This document shows positions 32,122 through 38,933 of a DNA stretch of 38,933 bases, piece by piece. Position 1 is the first letter of the stretch, and every line of letters starts with the position of its first letter. The notes beneath the pieces are model-generated. The model had not been told where the DNA came from. It saw only the letters and a list, made by a program, of their open reading frames with translations, and searched no databases. The DNA is taken from contig BTUM01000075.1 in the NCBI GenBank assembly GCA_045863235.1, positions 1-38,933 of the forward strand. Direction: 5' to 3'. Origin of the DNA: Candidatus Xenobia bacterium (GTDB lineage: Bacteria > Vulcanimicrobiota > Xenobia > Xenobiales > QWHO01). The translations under genes and the position numbers were made by a program.

Positions 32122-33324
32122 TTGGTGCTCAAGCTGGCCTGGCGCTCCCTGTGGAGGCGGCGGCTGCGCACGTTCCTGGCCATGCTGGGGATGATCATCG
32201 GAGTGGCCGCCGTGATCGCCATGCTGAGCGTGGGTCAGGGAGCCAAGATGGCGGTGGAGAGCCAGATCGCCGGCATGGGCACCAACACGATCATCCTCTA
32301 TCCCGGCTCTGGTCGTCGAGGGGGTGTGCGCACCGGCCAGGGAACCGGTCGCAATCTGACGGTGGAGGATTACCAGGCCATCCAGCACCTCCCTTACGTC
32401 CTGGCTGCTGCCCCGGTGGTGCGCAGCAAGGTGCAGGTGGTATTCGGCTCGCAGAACTGGAGCACCAACTACACCGGTACCACCCCCGAGTTCTGCACCG
32501 TGCGCAACTGGCAGGCCCAGAGCGGCCGGCTCTTCTCCGAGCGCGAGGTGCAATCGGCGGCGCCCGTCTGTCTGCTGGGCAAGACGGTGCGCGAGAAGCT
32601 TTTCGGGTCGAGCGATCCGCTCGGTCAGGTGGTGCGTCTGGACAGCCTGCCATGCGAGGTCGTAGGAGTGATGGCCGAGAAAGGCGACGCGGGGTTCGGG
32701 GGCGTGAGCGACGACATGGTGCTCCTTCCCTACACCACCGCCCAGCGCCGTCTGCAGTGGGGCCGCGACCTGGGCTCGATCATCGTGTCGGCCAAGCGAC
32801 CTGATCAGGTGGCCGCAGCCGAGAAGCAGGTGTTGATGCTCTTGCGCGAGCGTCACCGGGTGCCCGAGGAGGAAGAAGAACCTTACTATTCCTACAATCA
32901 GGCCGAGATCCTGAAGGCCGGCCGAGAGGCCACTCAGGTCTTCACGACCCTGCTGGGTAGCATCGGCTCCGTCAGTCTGCTGGTGGGCGGGATCGGGATC
33001 ATGAACATCATGCTGGTCTCGGTCACCGAACGCATCCGCGAGATCGGCATCCGCATGGCCATCGGAGCCCGGGCTCGGGACGTGATGATGCAATTCCTGG
33101 TGGAAGCGGTGGTGCTGTCGGTGGTGGGCGGAACGCTGGGAATCGCCCTGGGAGTGGGCGTCTCCTACCTCCTGGCCGACGTCTTCCAGCGTCCCGCCGG
33201 GGTGAGCACGGTCTCGGTGGCCATCAGTTTCGGGTTCTCAGTGCTGGTGGGGATCTTCTTCGGCTTCTACCCGGCCGTGCAGGCCTCCCGCCTCGATCCC
33301 ATCGAGGCTCTTCGGCACGAGTAA
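32122..33324 (+). CDS. ABC transporter permease (MacB/FtsX-like)
   Basis: RTFLAMLGMIIGVAAVI, GGIGIMNIMLVSVTERIREIGIRMAIGA and PIEALRHE. Confidence 0.95.
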   Translation: MVLKLAWRSLWRRRLRTFLAMLGMIIGVAAVIAMLSVGQGAKMAVESQIAGMGTNTIILYPGSGRRGGVRTGQGTGRNLTVEDYQAIQHLPYVLAAAPVVRSKVQVVFGSQNWSTNYTGTTPEFCTVRNWQAQSGRLFSEREVQSAAPVCLLGKTVREKLFGSSDPLGQVVRLDSLPCEVVGVMAEKGDAGFGGVSDDMVLLPYTTAQRRLQWGRDLGSIIVSAKRPDQVAAAEKQVLMLLRERHRVPEEEEEPYYSYNQAEILKAGREATQVFTTLLGSIGSVSLLVGGIGIMNIMLVSVTERIREIGIRMAIGARARDVMMQFLVEAVVLSVVGGTLGIALGVGVSYLLADVFQRPAGVSTVSVAISFGFSVLVGIFFGFYPAVQASRLDPIEALRHE

Positions 33325-33756
33325 GTCGTCCTCGGTGCAAAGGGAGATTCCGTGGCGGCGAAACAGGGCCGCCGTCACCCCGTCCCCTCCCTGTCGCGAG
33401 CTGTGGCAGCCGCAGGAGGGGCTGTGCTGCTTGAGCACCGCCTGCCGGGCCCCGACTTCCACGGCCCGCTCCAGGGCCGCTCGGGCGCCCTGGCAGAAGG
33501 CCTCGGTCACGTCCTTTCCGTGCTCGTCCACCACGCGCGCTCGCCCCTGCCAGACTGCCTCGCCGTCCCCCCCATCCAGAGCAGCCCGGGGGCGGGGAGT
33601 GCCCAACCCGCCCAGTTCCTCGGGGCAGATCAGCACCACGTCCTCTCCGCGCGCAATCAGCTCCTGGACCACCGAGTGGGGCTTGGAGCCGCCGTCGTAG
33701 CGGCAGCAGACCCCGGCCAGGCAGGCAGAAACTGCAAGAGGTCCCGGTTTGTTCAC
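33238..33756 (-). CDS. DUF523 family protein (2-thiouracil desulfurase-like Fe-S protein)
   Basis: VSACLAGVCCRYDG, ICPEELGGLGTPR, LKQHSPSCG and GDGVTAALF. Confidence 0.9.
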   Translation of the reverse strand: MNKPGPLAVSACLAGVCCRYDGGSKPHSVVQELIARGEDVVLICPEELGGLGTPRPRAALDGGDGEAVWQGRARVVDEHGKDVTEAFCQGARAALERAVEVGARQAVLKQHSPSCGCHSSRQGGDGVTAALFRRHGISLCTEDDLLVPKSLDGIEAGGLHGRVEAEEDPHQH

Positions 33757-34895
33757 TTGATCGGTCGCTTGGCGATGACGATGTGGGTCCCGTGGGCATA
33801 CGCTGCCCAGACGAAGTTCTCGGTGCAGGCGATGGTGTAAGGAGCGCTACTCGATCGCATGGTGAAGACCTTTTCGGGCACGCTCCAACCGCCGCTGCGG
33901 TCGTTGACATACATCACGTCGCTGGTGCCGGTAGGCTGATAGATCACGTGCAGCTTGTCCTCGCGGTCCAGCGTGCAGGCTGGATTGGGGCCCGGCACGG
34001 GAGGCGGGGTGTTCGGGGGGGGCGTCGGAGAGGTCTGTCGCTTCCACTCGCCGTTGTCCCAGCCAAACAGGTAGCTCTCCTGGCCCAGGTTGGTGATCAA
34101 CTCCAGCCCGCCCCGGGGACGAGCCCCCACGGCGAAGTTATTCTGCACGTCCTTGTTGACCAGGGTCATCGGCTTGCCGGCCTCGCCGCTGATGGCCTTG
34201 AGCTGCACCGAGCGCAGCCCGTTGCTGTCGGACCAGACCACTCCGAAACCGCCCTTGGAGTGTCCGCCGATCATCACCTTATCCGAAAGTGCCGAATGGT
34301 AGCCCACGCTCTTGGCCGGAGCGCGCACGGAATCTCGAAGGCTGATCAGGGCAGCCTTGACGCCGTTGCCTTCGGTGCCCCAGGCGGCGGCGAACTCGGT
34401 TTTCTTGGCATACTCGCGCCCCGCGACCGCGATCGACGTGCCTCGAGGGGATTCCGACACGAAGCTGTCCACCAGGACCGGCTGGATCCACTCCCACCCG
34501 TTGTCGGCACTCAGGGTGAAGTCGATCTCAAAAGCGCGGTCTCCCTGAGTCAACTGGCGCTGGAACACCATGGCCATCGCGTAGCGCGTGGTCCCGATGG
34601 CAATGTTGCGCACTCGACCGAGGTCCAGGCCGAAGAAGGGTGCTCGCACCTCGGACCAGTTCTCGTCGTTCTCCGAACGCCAGCACTGCATGACCTCGGG
34701 GTGGATGGCCTTGGGATTGGTGCCGGCGAAGATCAGGTGCAGTCGATCCCCCACCACGGCCAGGTTGGGTGCCACGTAGATGCCGATCTGCTCTTTGGGC
34801 GGGGGCACCGGGGTCCAGGCCGAGGGAGCCTGGGAAGAGCTGGTGAGGGGCAGAAGCGCCACGAGGGCGACTATCATCAGGAGGAGCCTGCGCAT
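33753..34895 (-). CDS. Exported beta-rich (propeller-like) hypothetical protein
   Basis: Signal peptide MRRLLLMIVALVALLPLTSSS, BNR-like SADNGWEW and repeated LHLIF/LHVIY strands. Stop overlaps the DUF523 start. Confidence 0.7.
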   Translation of the reverse strand: MRRLLLMIVALVALLPLTSSSQAPSAWTPVPPPKEQIGIYVAPNLAVVGDRLHLIFAGTNPKAIHPEVMQCWRSENDENWSEVRAPFFGLDLGRVRNIAIGTTRYAMAMVFQRQLTQGDRAFEIDFTLSADNGWEWIQPVLVDSFVSESPRGTSIAVAGREYAKKTEFAAAWGTEGNGVKAALISLRDSVRAPAKSVGYHSALSDKVMIGGHSKGGFGVVWSDSNGLRSVQLKAISGEAGKPMTLVNKDVQNNFAVGARPRGGLELITNLGQESYLFGWDNGEWKRQTSPTPPPNTPPPVPGPNPACTLDREDKLHVIYQPTGTSDVMYVNDRSGGWSVPEKVFTMRSSSAPYTIACTENFVWAAYAHGTHIVIAKRPIK

Positions 34896-34946
34896 CAGGG
34901 CCGATTCTTGCGCCTGGCACCATTCCCTCCCTGTCCCGTCGTGAGG

Positions 34947-35010
34947 TTAACACCCTCGAAACCTGGGTTAACAGCCTCGTAACCAGTCTCCCCTTGCGCT
35001 GGCATAACAT
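34947..35010 (+). promoter_or_regulatory. Four phased pentamers TTAAC-n6-GAAAC-n5-TTAAC-n6-GTAAC, then n21-TAACAT (-10)
   Basis: Pentamers start at 34947, 34958, 34968 and 34979. Resembles OmpR/PhoB-family (GlnR-box-like) tandem sites. Confidence 0.65.
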
Positions 35011-35056
35011 ACGCGCGATCCCAGGGGACAACATAACGAAATGGGGAAAAATACAC

Positions 35057-35944
35057 ATGTTATCTGCCACCGCTGCATTTCCGTCTTTTGCCAGCACGAT
35101 TTCTCGTGCCAACTCTGCTCCGCAACAGCCTCCTACCGCGCCGCCTGAGGCCCCGCCCGACGCTCCTCCCGAGGAAGGCGAGAAGGATTGGACCATCGGA
35201 CAGGCCGTCTCCGGCCTGGCCGGCGCTGTCGTCGGCGCGAGCATCGAGACGGTTGGAAACACCGCCTCCTCGCTCTATCGCATGCCCGAAGCCCTCTACC
35301 AGAGCTACAAAGCGCTCTGGAACACCGAGCAGATCGGCCCTGTGCTGAAGACCACCATCGGCCTGCTGCTGCCCGCCGCCGCCGTCGCCACCCCTGTGCT
35401 GGTGGCCCTGGGCTCGGCCGGCTACGGGCTGTTCCACGGCTTCCAGGAGGGCGTGGAGAATGGGGTCGGCAGCGCCGCCAAGGAGTGCGCCAAGGACGTC
35501 AAGCGTTTCCATAATGACCTTTCCGGCAAGCTCATCGACGAGTTGCGGAAGTACGAAGCCGAGCCCCTCGAGCCGGGCGAGGAGCCCTACGACATCAAGC
35601 TGATCGAGGGCGGCAAGGCCCTGGTCGGCGGCGCGGCCGGCGCCGTGATCGACGGCGTGGGCATCGGCGCCGTGACGCTGGTGCAGACACCTCGCGGCGT
35701 GGTCAAGGCTTACAAGGAGATCTGGAAGAGCGACATGGGCCCGGTGCAGAAGGTCACCTGCTCGATCCTCGTGCCCCCGGCCGCCGTGTTGGCCGCTCCC
35801 CTGGGTGTCGTCGGCGGAGCCCTCTACGGCCTCGCCATCGGTGCCAAGGAAGGCTACCAGAACGGTCTGGGCGCTTCGGTAGAGAAGACCGGCGAAGCCG
35901 TCAAGGACTGGTGGGACACCACCAACGAGGCCCTGAAGGACTGA
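35057..35944 (+). CDS. Gly/Ala-rich hydrophobic protein with a two-fold internal repeat
   Basis: ATG 35057 after GGGG. Pro-rich leader, then two ~115-aa homologous halves (YKALWNTEQIGPVLK / YKEIWKSDMGPVQK). Strong high-GC codon bias and a terminator downstream. Confidence 0.8.
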   Translation: MLSATAAFPSFASTISRANSAPQQPPTAPPEAPPDAPPEEGEKDWTIGQAVSGLAGAVVGASIETVGNTASSLYRMPEALYQSYKALWNTEQIGPVLKTTIGLLLPAAAVATPVLVALGSAGYGLFHGFQEGVENGVGSAAKECAKDVKRFHNDLSGKLIDELRKYEAEPLEPGEEPYDIKLIEGGKALVGGAAGAVIDGVGIGAVTLVQTPRGVVKAYKEIWKSDMGPVQKVTCSILVPPAAVLAAPLGVVGGALYGLAIGAKEGYQNGLGASVEKTGEAVKDWWDTTNEALKD

Positions 35945-35961
35945 GCTGATGTCCTGAGAGC

Positions 35962-35995
35962 AGAAAAGCCGTCCGGTGCTCCGGGCGGCTTTTCT
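35962..35995. terminator. Bidirectional Rho-independent terminator
   Basis: AGAAAAGCCGTCCGG-tgct-CCGGGCGGCTTTTCT between convergent genes. Confidence 0.85.
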
Positions 35996-36084
35996 TCATT
36001 CAGTGGAACTTGAGGGTTGGCTCATGTGCTCGCACTTTGGTTGTGCACACTAGCTGTTCTGGTCGCTCACGCGACCGTTGCACT

Positions 36085-36303
36085 TTAGAAGTCTTCGTCT
36101 TCGTCCTCATCCTCGTCCCAGTCAACGGCGGGCGGCAGAGAGAAACCCACGGCGTGCGTCTCGGAGTAGCCTGCATCAAAACCGGAGTATCCTCCGTAGT
36201 TGCCGGAGGGCTCGGTCCAGTCGATGCGCACCGTTCCTGAGCCTTCGAGTCTGACTCGCCCGGTCCCGATGGAGACGGTGCGGGTTCTGCGGGTTCTCAA
36301 CAT
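36085..36303 (-). CDS. Small protein (72 aa) with a basic N-terminus and acidic tail (DWDEDEDEDEDF)
   Basis: GGGAGG RBS 5 nt before the ATG. ECF-like promoter and SOS box upstream. Confidence 0.65.
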   Translation of the reverse strand: MLRTRRTRTVSIGTGRVRLEGSGTVRIDWTEPSGNYGGYSGFDAGYSETHAVGFSLPPAVDWDEDEDEDEDF

Positions 36304-36322
36304 GCTGGCCTCCCACTTCTAT

Positions 36323-36348
36323 AACCGCACAAACTCCTGATAAGTTCC
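36323..36348 (-). promoter_or_regulatory. ECF sigma-type promoter GGAAC-n18-GTT
   Basis: Minus strand reads GGAAC TTATCAGGAGTTTGTGCG GTT, 20 nt before the ATG. Matches the SigR/SigH-like consensus. Confidence 0.45.
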
Positions 36349-36432
36349 TGAAAAGATTATCCCTCAAAATTGCCCGGAAGTATAGGGATAGTCGTACGTC
36401 AGCGGTGATATATTCCTACCAGGTATTGACTT

Positions 36433-36446
36433 CGAACGAATGTTCG
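36433..36446. promoter_or_regulatory. LexA/DinR SOS box (Gram-positive type)
   Basis: CGAACGAATGTTCG is a perfect match to CGAAC-RNRY-GTTCG, in intergenic DNA. Confidence 0.75.
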
Positions 36447-36447
36447 A

Positions 36448-37695
36448 CTAGCCGGCCAGCTTGACGTCCGGCGGGATGTCCAGGTGGAAGATCCGGTCCA
36501 GATAGGCGTACAGGGCTGGATTCAAGCGCTGGAGCTCGATCCGGTTGTTGGTGGGCTTGTAGAAATCCTGACCGTCGTCCATAGGCACCGTGAGATAGGA
36601 CTCCACCGCCTCAGCGAAGTACTCCCGCACGTTATCTTTGGCGCGAGCGCTGGTAAAGCGGTCCTGTCCCTGCTTGAGCAACTGAAGGTCCTCGGCGTAC
36701 AGGCGGTCTACCGTGGCACGGTGCTCGGCACCCAGCCCTGGAATGCTCAAGACCCTCTCCAGGGCGTGGTCGAGGGCGTGCCCGGTCTCGTGGATGGCGA
36801 CGCGGTGGTGGCCCGCCTCCGGGGCCGGGTCGCGCAGGTAGTCTTCGTAAAGGGTGATCATGCGCTCTTCGTAATTGTGGATTCCCATGGCGTCTCTGGC
36901 ACGCTGGGCTTTGTACTCGAGCGCCTGTTTGAGGGTAACCTCCGAAACCGCCCGCCCCAGGTAATAGGCGTAAGGGATCAATACGATCCCCTGGGTGGCG
37001 GTGACCCGTCCGCCCTGCTCGCTGATCAGACCTTCGTTGAGCTGCGCGAAAGTCTCGCTCCATTCAGCCAGGTCGTCGGGGCCAACCTGACGCTGGGCAG
37101 CCAGTCCCGCGACGCTGAAAGGGTCTCGCATGATTTCGACGGAGAAGCCAATGCCGGCCCCCACCAGGCGCTGGGAGAGATCCTCTTGCAACGAGCGGGC
37201 CCACCAGTGGTTCTCCATGGCCTCCACGTAGACAGGATCTTCTCCCGCCGTCACCCGCTCCTGGATGCGCTGCGCCTTCTGGTCGCCCTGGCGTGAGAGA
37301 CACTCGTCGGTCAGGGTGCGGGCCAGTTGGACATGTCCTCGATACTCCGCAGGCTTGACGGTGGGAAGGCGAGGAGTGTCAGCCAGAGTCTGGCCCGCCC
37401 GCATGCCCACGACCAGCAGGTCGTCGGCTGCCAGCAATCGCAACAGGGGAACCGGAAACGCCTCCAAGTCGCGGCGCAGCACAGCGGCGGCGTCGGGGGC
37501 CAGGTTGGGAACCTGGATGATCTGGTCGAGCAGGCGCTTCTCCTCGGCCTTGTCCTCGCTCACCTCCAGCCGGTGCAGGCAGTTGGACGGTGAAAAGGCG
37601 TCCTGAGGGTCGCCAAGCGCGCGAACAGGCGCTGAGAACCACTGAAGTGGCTTGAAAAGGCCTGGTAACAGACCGGACGTAGCCGAGATGTGCAC
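36448..37695 (-). CDS. Zinc metallopeptidase, anthrax lethal factor/MtfA-like (ATLF) domain
   Basis: HETGHALDH (HExxH), third-ligand motif NVREYFAEAVESY and C-terminal LNPALYAYL. GAGG RBS before the GTG. Confidence 0.85.
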   Translation of the reverse strand: MHISATSGLLPGLFKPLQWFSAPVRALGDPQDAFSPSNCLHRLEVSEDKAEEKRLLDQIIQVPNLAPDAAAVLRRDLEAFPVPLLRLLAADDLLVVGMRAGQTLADTPRLPTVKPAEYRGHVQLARTLTDECLSRQGDQKAQRIQERVTAGEDPVYVEAMENHWWARSLQEDLSQRLVGAGIGFSVEIMRDPFSVAGLAAQRQVGPDDLAEWSETFAQLNEGLISEQGGRVTATQGIVLIPYAYYLGRAVSEVTLKQALEYKAQRARDAMGIHNYEERMITLYEDYLRDPAPEAGHHRVAIHETGHALDHALERVLSIPGLGAEHRATVDRLYAEDLQLLKQGQDRFTSARAKDNVREYFAEAVESYLTVPMDDGQDFYKPTNNRIELQRLNPALYAYLDRIFHLDIPPDVKLAG

Positions 37696-37722
37696 GAGGG
37701 TCCTCGCTTTCTTCCCCGTGAC

Positions 37723-37765
37723 ATCTTAAGCATCCCATCACTGCAGGGTGTTGACCGGGTGTTGC
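37723..37765 (-). promoter_or_regulatory. Promoter GCAAC-n6-TCAAC-n21-TAAGAT
   Basis: Read on the minus strand upstream of the metallopeptidase. Confidence 0.55.
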
Positions 37766-37793
37766 CGAGTCGGCGACTCCCTCTCGTCAGATT

Positions 37794-37887
37794 TTAACAA
37801 CTCTGTTACAATCGTTAACAACAAGTTTACGAAAGATCAAGTTTGTAACAAGCCAGTCACAAACCGGGGGGCTGGACTTGGTACTCT
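37794..37887 (+). promoter_or_regulatory. Phased array TTAAC-n6-GTTAC-n5-TTAAC-n6-TTTAC, plus GTAAC-n6-GTCAC-n21-TACTCT
   Basis: Pentamers at 37794, 37805, 37815, 37826, 37845 and 37856, in AT-rich intergenic DNA. Confidence 0.65.
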
Positions 37888-37927
37888 GAGATGGGAGATT
37901 TCTTGCCCATCTCGTGGGCTGGGGCAG

Positions 37928-38933
37928 GTCGCCATCGACTCGTTAGACAGAACAAGAAGCGACCGTTACCGGGAGCGACTGCTCGAGCTGCAGCAGCAGC
38001 GAGCGCAGGAAACGCGACCGGCAGCGGAAGAGAAAGCGGTCTCCACCGACCAGCAAGAGTCGTCGGGAGGCCGCTCCGCTCCGGTTTTGTCCCCAGAGAA
38101 GTCGCACGACGCCCTCAATCGTCAGGACATCAGCCGACGCCTGGAGGAGGGCTGGGCCGGGGCGGCAGGTTTGGTAGGGCCTGCGGCGGCTGTCGGCCGC
38201 GCCTGGGATTCAGCTCTGGGAGGGGAGGAGAGCGGGGCCCCTGTCAGCGATTCGAGTCGGCCTGCCGAGAGGGCCGCCAGTCGAGGAGTGGCCGCGGGCG
38301 GGTTGGCCGGAGTGGCTACCTCTGCCGACCGGGCGGCCGAGCAGGCCTCCGCCGCTCCTGGCAATCGTGGTGGAGCTGAGCAGGGAATTGCCTCCGGCGG
38401 ACTGGCCGGAGTTGGCACATCGGCCGACCGAGCGGCCCGGGCCCAGGGAGCCGGGTCGGGCGAAGGAACGGCGGCCGGTGGTCTGGCGGGGGTGGCTACC
38501 TCGCGAGAGCGTAAAGCCGCCGAAGGCACGACCTCCGAGCCCTCGCGCCCCTCGCAGCCCAGTGCTCCTACTCCTCCAGCCCGTCCGGCCTCACGTCCCT
38601 CTTCGTCCAGGCCGGCTCGCAAGAAGTCAAGCAGTCGACGCTCGGGCTCGAGCTCGAGCTCCGGCTCGAAGTCTCGGACCCGTACGCGTCCAAGCTCGGG
38701 GGGCAAAGCCCGCAGCTCGGGCTCGGCCACTCGCTCGAAGACCGCCTCCAAGAGTCGCACGAGCTCCTCCGGGCGCAAGTCGAGCTCCACCTCTCGAAGC
38801 TCGAGCGGCTCCAAGTCCGCCAGTTCGCGTCCAGGCACGGGATCCAAGTCCTCCGGCTCCAAGAGCTCGGCTCCAGCGAAGAGCTCGACCCCGTCCTCGG
38901 GCAGCTCGGCCTCCAAGAGCTCGACCCCGTCCT
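37928..38933 (+). CDS. Low-complexity Ser/Lys/Arg-rich protein, runs off the right edge (partial; not in the ORF track; start uncertain)
   Basis: Open frame AIDSLDRTRSDRYRERLLELQQQRAQE..., three GxAxGGLAGVxTS repeats, then SGSKSS-type low complexity to the end. First canonical start is TTG 38087. Confidence 0.6.

Noticed and set aside
38122..38916. Glu/Leu/Arg-rich minus-strand ORF
   Set aside because: Mirror of the Ser-rich plus-strand frame, which has the upstream promoter array.

Overview
High-GC bacterial chromosomal window. The perfect Gram-positive-type SOS box suggests a Terrabacteria lineage; this is inference only. The housekeeping backbone comprises a UDP-HexNAc dehydrogenase, an Lrp regulator, a methylmalonyl-CoA mutase operon (mutA-mutB/scpA-meaB), a DedA-rhodanese protein, a hybrid sensor kinase, a clostripain-family lipoprotein, an orphan PTS IIC, a MacAB-like pair and a DUF523 protein. 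Two things stand out. (1) A ~10.2 kb island (18893-29168) is bounded by an exact 37-bp direct repeat. It carries decaying modification-dependent restriction genes and an intact two-gene operon. The first gene is a signal-peptide-less alpha-2-macroglobulin-like thioester protein whose bait region is occupied by a PilB/GspE N-terminal (MshEN + N1) module. The second, translationally coupled, is a PilB/GspE pseudo-ATPase that has lost its Walker A lysine. This is a candidate undescribed 'decoy-and-trap' system. (2) Four promoters share the exact geometry NNNAC-n6-NNNAC-n21-TAnnnT and drive orphan proteins without Sec signals, including an anthrax-lethal-factor-like metallopeptidase, which suggests a co-regulated effector-like regulon. 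All family assignments come from motifs read by eye; no database searches were run.
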